Shown: in pieces, positions 1 to 14,109 of the stretch
Layout of the letters: every line of letters starts with the position of its first letter
Numbering within the stretch: position 1 is the first letter of the stretch
DNA from: Octopus sinensis
Taxonomy: Eukaryota
DNA: 64,000 nt
Direction of reading: 5' to 3'
Assembly (NCBI RefSeq): GCF_006345805.1
Contig: NC_043001.1
Location: 40,610,001 to 40,674,000, forward strand
The notes under the pieces: generated by a model
What the model saw: the letters and a program-made list of their open reading frames with translations, nothing else
Told to the model about the DNA's origin: nothing
Databases searched by the model: none
Program-made: the position numbers and the translations under genes

Positions 1-87
1 AAGTGTTAAGCTAATAAAAAGTTTCTTAAAACCTGGTATTGTTTTCTTTTTTGAGCTCATTGCCTTCTTGTATTACACACGTGCACA

Positions 88-123
<36 letters not shown>

Positions 124-338
124 CATGCATGCAAAATACACACAGTTATAATGAAATATTTGTAATCAGTAACTTCAGTTCCTTTGTTTTAATTCATTAG
201 GACAGAAATAGTCATGAAATCCCTTTGAGTAAAACAATTTATCATCATTTCTGTTTTTAGTATCAGATTCTCAACAAAAGTTCAAATCACAGAAATTTAA
301 AAAAAATGTTAAATGCATTGTAAGAAAACAAAGATTAC

Positions 339-451
339 CTGCTTTAAAGGCTGCAAGATTCAGCAGCCACCATTCTGGGATTCTTGGAAGAATAATCATA
401 ACAAAATCTCCTTTTTGAAGACCACATGAAACCTGGAGAATATTGGTCACT
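339..451 (-). CDS. ACSM: Internal coding exon of a medium-chain acyl-CoA synthetase (ACSM family, ACSM3-like)
   Basis: Minus strand has acceptor ttttattttttAG (453-452) and donor GTAATC (338-337). The 113-nt exon (phase 2 in, phase 1 out) reads VTNILQVSCGLQKGDFVMIILPRIPEWWLLNLAAFKA(G), matching the ACSM motif ANxLxxxCGLQxGDxVxxxLPRxPEWWL. Family-level call; orthology not established. Not in the ORF track. Confidence 0.9.
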
Positions 452-503
452 CTAAAAAATAAAAGATTAATTATTTAAGTTTTACTTATGTGTATGTGTG
501 TAT

Positions 504-563
<60 letters not shown>

Positions 564-779
564 ATGTGTGTGTATGTGGGGAAAGAATTTCTTAAAAATT
601 CAAAACTATTTTTAATAATATGTTAGAGAGACAGAATGGCATGAACCTTTTGGAACGATGTTTTCATATTATAGAAACTTCAATCCAAAAGTTTTGTGTT
701 ATTCTGTTTTTCTAAGATTAAAAAAAAATAGTTAATAGCTTTTAAAAAAATCTGTCTACAAATATTGTGAATGTATCAA

Positions 780-965
780 GTATTTCTTACAAAAGAAATA
801 AGCAGCCATGCCAGTGCCCCACATTGAAAGCACTCAGTACATTCTGTAAAGTGGCTGATCTTAGGAAGGACATTCAGCCATAGAAGCCGTGCCAAAACAA
901 ACAAATGGAGCCTGGTCAGCTTCTGTCAATCCACCAACCCATGCCAGCATAGAAAATGGATGAGC
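780..965 (+). repeat. Decayed copy of an abundant interspersed repeat (SINE/LINE 3' end family)
   Basis: Shares the motif acattctgtaaagtgg..ttaggaagg.cat.cagc..tagaa...aacccatgccagcat.gaaaatgga with copies at 16715, 40935, 41585 and 61745. Confidence 0.6.
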
Positions 966-1099
966 ACTTAGGTACAGTCTGGGTTCAGGCTAACTGCATC
1001 AAGTAGTAAGGAGCATCTAGGATTACTTATGATGAGCAATGCCATTGCAGTTGATCTGATGAGTAAATCCTGAGTTTGCTTCACTGGATTATGAATATT

Positions 1100-1975
1100 T
1101 TTGGGAGTGTAAATCCCAAACAATTACAATGAATACGGAGACTGGTATGATTGCCTAAATTGAACAAATATCATAAAATCTTTAATAGACACAATGTCAG
1201 ATTAGCCTTCTCTACAAGCAACAACCTAACAAAAATTATAGTGATACATAATACTAGGAGAATATCTGAATTCTAGAGTTCTGGAGACAGCAATAAAGTA
1301 GTTAGCAGAAATAATAGTAATACCAGTACTCCTAATGGTGGCAACCTAGAGCCAAAGAAATAAATAGCCAGCCTTGAAGGATCCTGAATACTACAATTAA
1401 ATATAGTTGCAGGGAAATGAGCACCCTAATAGAGGCAGACAGTGGAGGAGAGATGACTGTCACAATTCCTTCAGAAACTAGACTGGGTATAGCAATTGCT
1501 AGGCATAATAGGATAGAAACCCTCAGACAATAGTGAAAATGTAAACAATAGTAGATGAATAGTTACAGAAACAAGGAGGATATCTAGTTCTAGTCCCTCT
1601 AACATAGGTAGGATTAATAAGGAAAAAATGTTTGTAGTTGTAGAAAAAAGAAAATTTGTCCCACTTCTTTATAGGTGCATGCTTGACAAACTTCATTTAG
1701 ATTTGTTTAAGGATAGGATGAAAATGCACAACACCAGCTAAAGCATGTTCATTTGGTCCCTTAAAGATAGAAATGCAAGCATGAATACAAAATTGGCAAA
1801 AAATTAGTATAGCTGCATCTTATATAACAAGAGGAAAAATATGCAACATGTGCACAGAGGAAATTTTCCAGATATTCACACTTTCATAGGAGAACCTTTA
1901 AATACTTCCATACAAGTGATGAGTAAGTTAGTATCCATCATACAAATGGAAGATGTCTGAATTTACAGGATAAAT
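1100..1975 (+). mobile_element. Degenerate Penelope-like element (RT C-terminus/linker plus GIY-YIG endonuclease)
   Basis: Reads KYHKIFNRHNVRLAFSTSNNLTKIIVIHN (from 1166), FFIGACLTNF (YIG-like), SMFIWSLKDRN and ASYITRGKICNMCTEE, with stops and frameshifts. Motif order matches PLE ORFs and the copy at 53180-54140. Confidence 0.7.
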
Positions 1976-3559
1976 CTGGTTTGGCTTTCAAGTAGTAATC
2001 AATATTCTCATTAAGTTAAAATAGCTTTTTTTATAAATCATAGCAACATACATAGAGTGTAGAAACTGCATATAAATTAAAACTTGATTACACAGAGAAA
2101 TTTTCAAATTGCCATCACAAATAAGTTCTTAATACCACATATATCTAATTTAATATGAAAGAATTTAATTTATCCTTATTTAATCTTATTTTATACCCAG
2201 CTGTTGTTCGAAACACTGGGAAATACACTTTAACCTACTTTAGGGCCTAGGACTCTCAGTTTCATCCTAAAACCTAAGGCTGAGTTGAGGTCAAACATGA
2301 AGTATTTTTTGTAGCCATATTTAGATTCTAAATCTCCCCCTCACTTTCTTCTTTCTATCTAAAACCATAGTAACCTAGCAAAATACATGAGCCACACACA
2401 AATAAACTCAGTTCACTTCAAACCACATTTGTGGACAGACCTTGGATAAAGGCGCATAGTTAAAAATAGCTGGTTGCAAATGCAACAGCCCATGCAACAG
2501 CCCTATGCAGCAGAAGCATTTGTTGGTCACACCTAAACCAATTATACTGTATAATTAACTGTAAAAATAAAAATATTCAGATATACCAGTCTCCACATTT
2601 CTTGTAATTATTTTATATATACATATAGGAGTGGCTGTGTGGTAAGTAGCTTGCTTAACAATCACATGGGAACATTGATTTCCCTTCACAAATACTGATC
2701 AGGCACAGACAGTGTGTTGTTGGCCAACTGGAGGAGATATCTTCCTTGGGCTATAAACTACAGTAGCATTGTCCCATATGGGTCAGCCACATTTAGGTGG
2801 CAAATATACTTCACGATATTGTGCTGCTACTGTTTACATCTTGCTCAGAGATTTATTATTGTTTTATATATATATATATATCCTTTGACCAAATATCCAG
2901 TTTCCTAACAAGAAGTAGTTGAATTATCCTAACAATATTTATCAATCTTACAACAGTTAGATGTATATTTTCTAAATTTTGTGGTGATTATGAGTATTGA
3001 AGGAAAATATTGGAGTACATACTGTATTTTTTTCTATCTTAATAGCTCTGAGTTGTTGAGAGTTGCAGAGAAACTGACTTGTCAATTCCCTGATCTCAAT
3101 TTCCTCATTCCATTTCAGTTTCATAGGACTACTTGAATACCACCCTTATTAATTATAATTTTTTGTCTATATTGGTACACTACACACACAAACCGACCTG
3201 GGCATGGGAAATATTACTTTGATTAGAAACAGGTTACAGTTGGCAACTGGGAGGGCATCTGGCCATAGAAAATCTGCCTCAACAAATTCCACCAGATCCA
3301 TACAAGCATAGATATCTACTTTTGCAAGGTTATCATAGCTAGATGTTCTTTCTAATGATTTAAATCATACACTTTAAATTGTACTGAGTGCTTTTTTTCA
3401 TGATGTAAACACAAGTGAGGTTGTCATTGACTACAGTCGAGGTGTAGGCAGCTTTTTGCTAAGCGATGAGAGATTAAATTATGAAAGAAGTGGGCCGGAA
3501 CAGGCTTCTTGCTTGTAGAAGAGATACATATATATATATTTCTACTAACTCCTTATATA

Positions 3560-3900
3560 AGAGTGGGTGAGAGTAATTAAGGTGGGACTGGGAACAAAGA
3601 TAAAGATGGTGGTTATGTGGGGTCAGTGTGAGCCTTCAGGTACCAAGTGGATAGGAGTAAGGGACAGAAGGACAGGAAGTGTGGGTGAGGTTTCAAGAGT
3701 GTATAGGGAGAGTGAGGAATGATTAGAAATGGTGTAGGGCAGAAGATGAATATAGTGGGAGGTAAATAAGGATTGAGGCGTGGTTGATGATAAATTTCAG
3801 ATGGAGGGTAGGCAGGGGAGAGTAGGTGATGACTAGCAGTACAGAGAGGGGTAAAAGAGGAATGGATGTCAAGTGAAGTGGTTCCAGGCAGTAAGAAAGA
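3560..3900 (-). mobile_element. Possible decayed Penelope-like linker fragment
   Basis: Minus-strand peptide LLVITYSPLPTLHLKFIINH resembles the PLE motif PLVLTYHPxxxxLKxIIxxN. The remainder is unrecognisable. Confidence 0.35.
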
Positions 3901-4474
3901 TAACTGGTATCAGAAGATGATGATGAAATATATAGTTCTGCACTCATTTAATTACAGCAACAGAATATTCAGTTAGATAAGTGATTGAGGGATTAATGAT
4001 AAACAAAAGAGGGGGTGGGGTGAGGAAAGTTTGATGGATGAACTGGGCTTTGATTTGTACATATGCTTTCAGAATCAGTTTTGCTATGATGGACAAGCAT
4101 TCTCAGATCACTGAAATATTGGTGGTAAGTGAGTTGAACACTCTCCTTCTCTTGCAATATTTTTCTTTGCAATCTATAGAGTAGCTAAAGTGTATGCAGG
4201 CGGGGTGAAGCAGATACTTTTTTAACTACATAAAATGCAATATCATTCTAGAACAAAGATACATAAGATACATATCCCTGGCTCCCATCCTTTTAGTCAT
4301 TTCATAGAGTCTGCTTCACTAAACTGACAATAATAATTATAACCTTTATCAAGATGCCTCGCTTGTGTGAAATGGTCGCTTTATTTTGAAAATAAATGAA
4401 AGAATATATTCTTGCATAGGACCTCTATGAGAAACTTTGAAAAGTAGAACATCAATGCTCTTTGGCTTATTTAA

Positions 4475-4513
<39 letters not shown>

Positions 4514-5925
4514 CTGCTCAAAATTCAAGAGAGCTGTGATTTGGGTGGCTGTTTTATGTTTTCTATTTTTTTAGGGAGAGGCCCATCAGATACTCACATG
4601 CTCTTCCTTGACTTTCTGGTTCTGGACTGATGTACCAGTTGAACCCGTCTCTTAAAGGCCCTGTTTAGACATAATTCCTACATCACCACTTACTGCTTTG
4701 GTTAAAATCCAGCAAAACAGTATTGTTTCCATTCCATGAAAATAAAATCAATGGAATTTATATTCAGTTATTAAATTAGCCATTAAATAAAATACTTATT
4801 TTTATGAAAAAATATCTAAATTATTTAAGGGAATTAATTTTAAAGTTTTTTTTATGGATTTTCCACAAATAAAATGATTTAATTTAACTAGCTACCCTTT
4901 GGTTGTCAGAGTCAATTGCTCATGTACTAATTTTCTGGCTCTTATCCTGCATTTCCCTTTCCGATTCTTTGCATTAAATATTATGTGCAGTTCTTTATCA
5001 CAATATGAGATTTTTGTATCAACTGAACAGCTAATATTATAATTTTATAATCTTTAAATGTTTTGAAATTGAAATTCTTTACTAAGCTATTAATTCAATG
5101 TGAATGACAGAATCATATGAAACAATTTAATGGATCTTTTAATTTATATGCCTTCCAGTCAGTTGATAAAAGCTTTAAAATATTAAGAATTAAATTTTCT
5201 CTTTTTCTCATTTTCCTGTTCAAGGAAATTTGAGATTTTGAAAGAGGGAAAATCTTGATTAAATTCTTTATCACTTAAACAAGATTACTGGAAAACTTTA
5301 ATTTATCGAATTATGAAGCATAACAAATTGCTTTCATGTAAATTTTTACTCCATAAATGTTTCAAGGAGAAAAACATAATTTAAAAAAGAAATGACTTCC
5401 TTTTTTCAGTTATCCAGATGCTACAATAATTCAAACAAAATGATAAATGAAAAATTTAATTAAAAATTTTTAAACTGTTGGTTTCAAATTGTAAAGCTTA
5501 GGAGATGTTTCGCTAGAAAAGATCATCCATAAATAGAAATAAATAAATGATTGTGCTCTAGGGTATACTAGAGTTGATATATGTCTTTCAAAATGTTTCA
5601 TCCAAACATTACTGATTTTCTTGCTAGCTCTTCAAACATTACACATTCTTACATAGATGATACCATTCTTCACTCCTCTTCTGTGACATACACGTATAAT
5701 AAAAATACCTCATGTCAGACCAGCATTGCCTCCATGAATAGAAACATATTTCAATGAAAATATATCAATCTTGTCTCTTACAAAATCACAAAAATAAAAT
5801 TGCTTCCTATATCAAGAAGTAGGTTTTTTGACATGCTTTTGCTTTGTTTAAGTAGATTTATGTGGTCATTCAATTCAACCCTTTAACAATTGGTGCATTA
5901 AAATAAAACAAAAAATTATAATGCA

Positions 5926-7241
5926 TCTATATATATAAAATTCTTTGTCTGTCTGTTCCCAATGCATTCTTAAATGGCTCAACCAAACCAAATCAAATTT
6001 TACATGGTAATAGTATCAGACCCCATGAGTGTCAACATGTAATTTTTTTTTTCATTTGGATTAAAACAATACAACATTGGCACTGTTTTGGTATTACATG
6101 TCAAAAGTGAAAGAATAACATCTATATTGTAATGTGATACAATATTGTTTCACATTTAATTCTAATTATATCCTAATGTGAACAACATTACACGTTGGCA
6201 ACTTTCCATCTTTACGGCCACAACAGTGGAATGGCGTGTAAGTGTATGTGTGTTGACTGACATAATGTATGGCTGGAGGTGAAACTCTTGACACAAAACA
6301 ATGAGGTGTCAGGTCCAATGCATATAAAAATACACATTTACCATTCAATTACCAGTTAATAATTATCACAACAATTGCAAACTTACTGTTAAATTAGCAG
6401 TTCGTACATGTGCTTCTACTTGGTTAATTTGCTTATATTTGGTTAATTTATTCTGCTTACAGAAGAAAGACATACTACTTACACACAACTACTTACAATA
6501 ATAGAGATTACTGTATAACTTCTATGTTCATAATTTTTGGTTTACAATATTGAAAAAAAAATGCGATCAAAGAAAAGCCAATCTCTCCTGAAACAAGTAT
6601 AAAGTAAGGAGGATTGTAGAAAACTAAAGGTGAGAGTGTCAAGAGAGAAAGGAGATGAGACTTTCCCCAAGATCAGCAAATGCATGCTGCAGCACTTAAT
6701 GCTGAATCATTAAAACGTTTTAATGATTAGAGAGCTGTCCAATAGAATAGCTCTCAGAAACAAACTACATACAAATTCGTTTTTCACAACTCCTGGAGCT
6801 GCTTTGAGATAAGATCCATCTCATTCTTATAAAAACGATAATTTTGTCCAAATTGGTGTGCTAAACTCAAATTGTAATTTCTGCAAAGCTTTAAAATTTA
6901 CAAATGAAACTAATGGCATGCACTGCTCAGGTGGTAATGTAAGATTGCTAGCACTACCAGCTCCTCCTCAACCTCTTATAGAGCTTCTGGAAAGCACTTC
7001 AATCGAGTCAAAGGGTTTTCTGAACAATATCAGACAATACAACTCTGCATTTCAAATGAGATCGTTTGGTGCATCTAAGATAGTTGAACATGGATTTACA
7101 CCGATGTTTAAAGTTCAAGGGCAAGTCTATCCCCTCACTGGTTCCTTGTTACCCACAAATGAACAACCACAGTTCCTTCAAATTTACTTTATGAGTGATG
7201 TAGGGCAACACACCCAAAGGAGGTATCAAAACTTCAGATGA
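5926..7241 (+). mobile_element. 3'-truncated Helitron: 5' terminus plus N-terminal part of RepHel
   Basis: 5' end is A|TCTATATATATAAAA followed by GTCTGTCTGT. ORF 6858-7241 (CNFCKALKF..GMHCSGGNV..PPQPL..FLNNIRQYNSAFQMRSFGA..FKVQGQVYPLTGSLLP..PQFLQIYF) matches the conserved Helitron pre-Rep region. No 3' hairpin/CTAG seen. Confidence 0.9.
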
Positions 7242-10200
7242 TGATGTTAGACACGGTGCTGACTACTGCGAAGGAGAGTATATCTAAATGTTAGTTCGAT
7301 TGTTCGATTAATATATTTTTTTACCCTTCAGATGACATCAACTAGAAAAAGAATATACCAGGAACATAGCAACATAGGTTTGTAGATTATGAACAACATA
7401 AAATTTTATAGATTATAGGTAGAATTCTATTACAAGGAAATTTATGGTATATAAAGATAAATCCACTGAGAAATTTGTTATATTGATATCACCAAAAAAA
7501 AAAAAAAAAATCATAAAGGCAGTCTTAACGAAGCAATACACAAAAACAGACATTTAGTGGTACATATGAACAATAAGTTCTTAAGAAAAACAAACAAATT
7601 AAGAATGAAAGCACTCCAAGGGGCAAAGGGATTTTCTTTCAAATTTTTCAGTTGTGCTTCACATTGTTATCTATGGTTTGAGAGATTCTTCTCACATTTG
7701 TAATGTTAAAAGTATTCAAACTGTGATCAATCCCGTCTTTTTCCAAAAGACAATACAAATCAAATTTTAATGAGAAAACAGTGTGAATTGAAATTTAAAA
7801 ACAATAAGCATAGTATATGAAGGATTACTTCCCAGCTAGTCAATTTGGCCACATGTAGTCCATCCATTTGACACTTAGTAACTGGTAACTTACTGGATTA
7901 TATATCCAGTTGTTTTACCATAAAGTTATAACTGTAAGATAAATTGAGACAAGTTGAACAATATATTTTACCAAAGAGACTATAATGAAATCTTGTATTT
8001 TGAAAAAAGGCCAGACAATCTTTGCTATTGTAATTTATCCAATCAAACAAGAATCTGTCATTCATTTAATACATATCCGACTTTATAATGAACTTCTTTC
8101 TACTATTTCCAATTATATACTTTACAATGCTGAAGATATGTTAAAACTAACTCTTAAGGCCTAGCTACTATGTCGAGAAGCCTCTGGCAATGTGGGAGGC
8201 TCTAAGTAGGTGCTTGACTTGCTGGAAATACCAGCAAACTTTCCCCCAAATCACACCCTACTATTTTAAATAAGGGGAGAACATACTGGATAGAGTAGTC
8301 TGAAAATAAGATGGGGTGGTCACAAATGGGGCACCATTGATCATAGGTATCTCTTTTGATTACAGCTGACTTATGTTTAAATACAAATAATAGCAACAAA
8401 GATAACAGTACATCTCCAAAAAGTAATCAAAAAACGTATTTACTGATTGAGTGGTGTAAGTTTGATGCTTATATCTAGAAATAGTTGCCATGGAATGGTT
8501 AGATCACAAAAATATTTTATAGTGCTTTAAGAAAAATAAAATGCTGTGACACAATTGTTAAAGCACCAAACCAAAGCACATCATCTTGTGGTATAGATTT
8601 ATTTTCTTACTAGCTTAAAAGCTGCACTCCATGTGGACTGTTAGGCTAGTTCCTGCAGAAGGCTAATTGGGACTGTGACCCAAAACTATAGAGACCAATA
8701 ATAAAGCAGTTATTGGTGCCCTACCAATATGGTATTACTTAAAATTCAGTTTAAGTGAAAAACTTACAAGTTCACAAATTTTGTGAGTTTTTTTTAAAAT
8801 TTGAATTTCCAACTGTTAGCATATAACAAATCCCCATCCAGACCGGTTCCCAATACTGGATGTTTGAGAACCAAATGAAAGGCAGATTTTCAATCCTGGG
8901 ATCATCCTGATTCCAAAAAGGTATAATATGTCTATGTAGAGCAAATGTAGATTGAGATACAGGTGTGACAGACTGATAGAATTTTGCATTTATTATTATA
9001 GATTGGAGAAAAACTGAGTGTGATTTCAGCATGGTCTTTTGTCATCTCCTCTGTTAAATACAGTATCAATAAGGTCAATTTGACATAAAAAAATGCTTCC
9101 AATATATGAAATAGAGTTAAATATAATCTTATATAAGATGATATTTGATAGAGTGGCTCCCTATTACAATAAAAGAAACATCCTTGTAGGAAGCAGTTTC
9201 ACACAGAAAATTAGTTATATTTCCAATCTCTCCAATCCTGGACCCCAATCACTGAAGAAGAAAATGATATCATAAAGTTCTCTGGTTTACATCCTCTTTC
9301 TCATTAAATGTCAAGCTTTACCTACATTGGACTTAATAATCTGCAAGAAATGGAATGACAGAAGTATCATTCAGTAGATATGTACACACACACACACATG
9401 CATACATAATCGTATGTCCTCCTTTAGGAAGTACAAAAAGGGAAATATCCTGAAAGTAGCCAAATATGCTTTGTTTTTGAAAGGAAAAGCTGTAAGTTAT
9501 AACAGCAGGGATTAATTGAAAGTGTGAGTAATGTATTGTTGGGAAATGACCGATAGTATTAGAAATACTTGTTCATACCTGGTCTGTACTTGAATACAAA
9601 ATCCAAGACATTTGCTTCATGCTTACACAAGAGAAAATACATTCTCTGGTTTGTACTTTACCACTGTAAGAATGCTGATCTTGTGGTTGGATGCGCGCAT
9701 GTGCTTCTTCTACAATCTTTTAATTTTTCTTTTTTTTCTACTCCTTTTTTTCCAACCTTGTTTTTCACTGGTTCATTCTGTGGGTAGACACCATTTTTCT
9801 CTTCCCTCCTTTTCTTTCTATCTTTCAACTGAGAGTAAACCTCTCATATCAGGAAAGATAACTAGCTGACCATAATCTCTGACTGCCTTTTTATTATTCT
9901 AGTGCTAATTATTTATCAAAAATAAACTTTGTTTCCTAGCATGCTAAGAACATAAATAGCCATCACTTCCTTTTCATTTCTCAAACAAAAGACCATTCTT
10001 GCTCAAAAGGACAAATTTGTCAGACATGTCTAATGACCATAACTTCAAGGAGCTGTGAGAAACTGCAATAATATTGCCCTGATAAGTGCATTTAATTAAA
10101 TATAAAATCATGTGTGTGTGTGTGTGTGTATGGATAAGTGGCATAGGGAAGAAGAGATGTAAAAGAAGAAATAAAAAATAGAATTGCAACCCTAGAGTAT

Positions 10201-11745
10201 AAGTATAAAATATATTTCTGTTCATTCAAAATTTATGGCATCCAGATACAACCTACTCATGTACAATATTGTGCATCTACAATTATATTTCTGCAGTGAG
10301 GAATTTTTCATATTATGTATTAGTTGATTGTTGCTTTCAGATGTTTTGCCATCAGCAGGTGTCTTGTGATTCACTTTAGTGCCTTGTCTGGGATTGAGCT
10401 CAGAACCTTTAGATGACTGCACTGCATTAAATAGTGCCTTCATCCATTACACTAGGGCTGTAGGCAGTTTCAGAGTGAATTTTTAAGACTTATAAACTTC
10501 CATTGATGTTTTATGTTGGCTCTGTATTGATTGGATAATACAGTTCTTATATTTCTGAGATGAAAATTCCTCAAGTGGATCACACTGTTGTTCAATGGTT
10601 TTACAGTAGCTAACAACAAGTTCTGGATCAAATCTGCTGTTCTATTAATTCTGCTAATATATTAATGCAAATTATGTGATTGCAACTTAAAATTGTCTTT
10701 CATCATCTTTATTATCATTGTCATCGTTTAATGTACACTTTTCCAAGCTTGCATGGGTTAAACAGAATTTGAGGCAGATTTTCTATGGCTGGTGTTGCTG
10801 ACCCTCATCTAATTCTAAGGAAGGTAGTATTTCCCCATGACCAAATATGTTTTTCACCAATGACTGGAAACAAACAATGTTGCTTGTATGACCATGATGC
10901 TTATTTACAACCATAACATGATGTCTAGACAAGGGCACACACACACCCACACAAAGACAAAATTTACACTCCATAACCTTCCCTCCCCTCCCCTCCCCTC
11001 CCCCATTCCCATTTAATTTAAATGGTTTGCAAATATGTCTCAGTAAGTGAAAATATTTCAAGTAAAAACCAAGAAAAATACCCTCTAATAGTATGTAAAT
11101 TTAAGTTCACAGTCTTATTTATTCTGAAATCAGATTTGTTTCAACATTCTGTACACTACAATCTTTCCTTCACAACAAAAAAGGAAGTCTAATACACATG
11201 CCATTGGCCTAGTTTCCAATTTTTGACTCAAGTGGGTGACAAACATAACTATGAAATATTAAAAGTATAATTCATTAATATGCACTTTTCATGCTCGACG
11301 AGTTAATCATATTTTTCTCTACTGTTGTGTAAAATTTCATGTAGTTGCCACATAGTGGTCACAAAAACAAAAAACTAGAGCAACTTTGGATGTCTGCATC
11401 CTGGACTAAGAAGTCAATAAACTTTGAATGTGTCTGTATTACTTGTATTATAGTTTTTATTCTGAAAGGAATGTTTTGTTGTTGTTCAACACAATAATTT
11501 TTTTCCTGAAGAAATACTATGCTCTTGTTACCAGGAGAAAATACACAATAGAATGTACATTCTAATTTAAGTCATTAAAATAAAAAAAAGGATTGGGTCA
11601 TCCCATAAATAATGTGGTTTTTTTCAATTACCTGAACTAAAAGTCAGAGGGGGATGGGATAAACTATCTGCATCAACTTGCTATAATTTTACTTTGTTCT
11701 TATTCTTAGTACAAGTTTTGAAGAATGCAGTTCGATTTTAACAGT

Positions 11746-12079
11746 AGGGCCTCTCGCTCAGAGTAAAAGGCAGACTGTATGATGCATGTGTACAAACAAC
11801 AATGCTACATGGCAGTGAAACGTGGACCGTGACTGCTGAGGATATGCGTAAGCTCACAAGGAATCAAGCCAGTATGCTCCGATGGATGTGCAATGTCAGT
11901 GTACATACTCGACAGAGTGTAAGTACCTTGAGAGAAAAGTTGGACCTAAGAAGCATCAGTTGTGGTGTGCAAGAGAGACGATTGCGCTGATATGGTCATG
12001 TGGTGAGAATGGATGAGTATAGCTGTGTGAAAAAGTGCCACACCCTAGTGGTTGAGGGCACCTGTGGAAGAGGTAGACC
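11746..12079 (+). mobile_element. RTE-clade LINE RT C-terminal fragment
   Basis: Reads GLSLRVKGRLYDACVQTTMLHGSETW...MLRWMC...QERRLR*YGHVVRMD...EGTCGRGRP. LYGSETW, RLRWYGHV and GRGRP are RTE motifs. Confidence 0.88.
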
Positions 12080-12639
12080 TTTGAACATTAGGTAGACCAA
12101 GAACGAGATGGCTGTATAATAGCCATAGTCTCAGTTGGTCATGCTTGAGAATCCAGTTGGAAAGTCTAATGACAATTTTCTCTACCCCCATGACCCTCCC
12201 AGGATTAGTGAGTGGAGAAGAGGGGTGGAATGGCTAACCAATGGGTGAGAAAGTATCGTCAAAGTCTGACCCAATAATTAAGAAAACTTTGAATATTCAA
12301 ACCATATCTTTATTAAGTGAAAGTATTTTAATTTTCAATGAACTAGAAATTGAGGACAGTTTTAATTAACTTCAACTGATACCAGATATCACTATGTGTT
12401 TCTGATGGTTTAGTCAAAAAGTAGGCATGCTTCTTATATTTGTAAGCCATGTGAGGCTGTTGAGATTGATATGTTTCATGTTCAGTTTGAGCATCTGTAA
12501 ATTGACATCCACAGGAAAAGTGTAAGAGAATTCCAGAGTTGACATATCAGGAAGAAAAGTTTGAGTGTAGTAGTTAGTTCTGGGGTGTGGATGGGGGAAG
12601 GCTATACAGAGTATCAGTAACAAGAAGAGGAGAAATAGA

Positions 12640-13190
12640 GTATCTGGCAGTTTTAGATGAAGATGGTATACAATTAAGCTAGTTGTATACTACCATGTTC
12701 CAAGGAGTAAAATCCTTTGTGATAGTAGAGAAAAAGTGGAATGAGACGACAGCATGTCTGTAAGCAGAGACTGAAGTGTGTGGGTGAATGGCTTTATACC
12801 GGTCAGTTGGACGGTTTTCTTTTAGAAGTAGTCTAGCATGTTTTTATGTAACTTCAGTACTATCCCATATATGGGAGAGCAGTATGCTATTATTGCCATC
12901 ATTTTAACTTTGTAAAGAGTTAACAGCTATTTGGAACTGAAGTATTAATTGATCCTGAAAAGGAAAACTAATCCTTTGAATGCAGTTTTTGCCATGTTGT
13001 GGATATGAGATTTCCAGGAAAGATCATCACAGGTGGTGAAACCTAGCATTTGCGTAAAATTTGAAGGGTTTTGGTGTTGTCCAAGACTAGATAGAATGTG
13101 ACACGCTGCTGATTTATTGATATGAGCCGTAGCTATTTTTGTGCTGTGGAAGGAAACATTTGTCAGGCTTCCATTAAAGGATATTTTCAA
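12640..13190 (-). mobile_element. Decayed L2/CR1/Jockey-group LINE RT C-terminal fragment
   Basis: Reads LGFTTCDDLSWKSHIHNMAKTAFKGLVFLFRI..LLTLYK..AYCSPIW.., compared with consensus LGVxxxxDLSWxxHI..LYKxxxRPxxEYCSxxW. Confidence 0.7.
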
Positions 13191-13694
13191 AGGCTCTTTT
13201 CACCCCTGTGTAAAATGGTGTAGGGTCTGATGTGGGAATAAACTCAATATGGCTGACATGAGGAAGAGAGAGACAAGTGAGTGGGCTTGACTGATGTAAC
13301 AGGAAATTGTCAGCAGAATTGCTAGTATATCAGCATTTCTTCTGGCTCTTTAGAATCTGAGTTCAAATTGTACTGACATCAACTCTGCCTTTCATCCTTC
13401 TGGGGTCGATTAAATAAGTACCAGTCAAGTACTGGCGGGGGGGGGTCAATAAAATAAATATTAGTCAAGTATTGGCAGGTGATGTAATCAACTTCCTCTC
13501 TTCCCTCAAAATTACTGGCCTTGTGCGAAAATTTGAAACCAAAGGTAGCAAGCTGGTAGAATTGTTAAAGCATCAGAAAAAAATGCTTTGCAGTATTTCT
13601 CCCAACTCATTATATTCTGTAACTGACTTCCCCTCCCATCAAAATTACTGGCCTTGAGCCAAAACTTGAAAGAACTATCATAATTATTCTTATA

Positions 13695-14075
13695 GGCACA
13701 GAAGTGGCTGTGTGGTTAGAAGCTTGCTTCCCAACCACATGGTTCTGGGTTGAGTCCCACTGTGTAGCATCATGGGCAAGCGTCTTCTGCTATAGCCCTG
13801 GGCTGACCAAAGCCTTGTGAGTAGATTTCGTAGATGAGAACTGGAAGAAGACCATTGTATAAGTGTGTATGTGTGTGTTTGTCCCCCACCACCACTTGAT
13901 GACCAGTGTTAGTGTATTTACGTCTCCATAATTTAGTGGTTTCACAAAAGAGACTAACTGAATAAGTACCAGGTTAAAAAATTTTTAAAGCACTGGGATC
14001 AATTTATTTGATTAAAATTCTTCAAGGTAGTGCCCCAGCATGGCCACTGTCTAATGACTGAAACAAGTAAAAGAA
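13695..14075 (+). mobile_element. tRNA-derived SINE, family A
   Basis: Head gtggctgtgtggttagaagcttgcttcccaaccacatggttctgggttgagtccc contains A/B boxes. The body recurs at 14935, 19480, 41210, 44870, 52960 and 57880. Confidence 0.8.
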
Positions 14076-14109
14076 TAACAGAACCTTTATCATTATTATT
14101 ATTATTTTT

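Noticed and set aside
1056-1079. CTGATGA-GTAAA..TTTGC as a hammerhead
   Set aside because: No GAAA or helix I follows; the motif is incomplete.
3460-3500. gcgatgagagattaaattatgaaag as a hammerhead relic
   Set aside because: The core is not CUGANGA and helix II does not pair.
4598-4660. 63-nt minus-strand segment with a GTGAGT donor as the upstream ACSM exon
   Set aside because: The acceptor is weak, and neither open frame (AFKRRVQLV.., PLRDGFNWY..) resembles ACSM.
8772-9032. ORF with loose ACSM N-terminal spacing (F..R.II..W..P..WF.N....E..W)
   Set aside because: Identity is too low next to the highly conserved exon, and there is no suitable phase-2 donor; probably chance.
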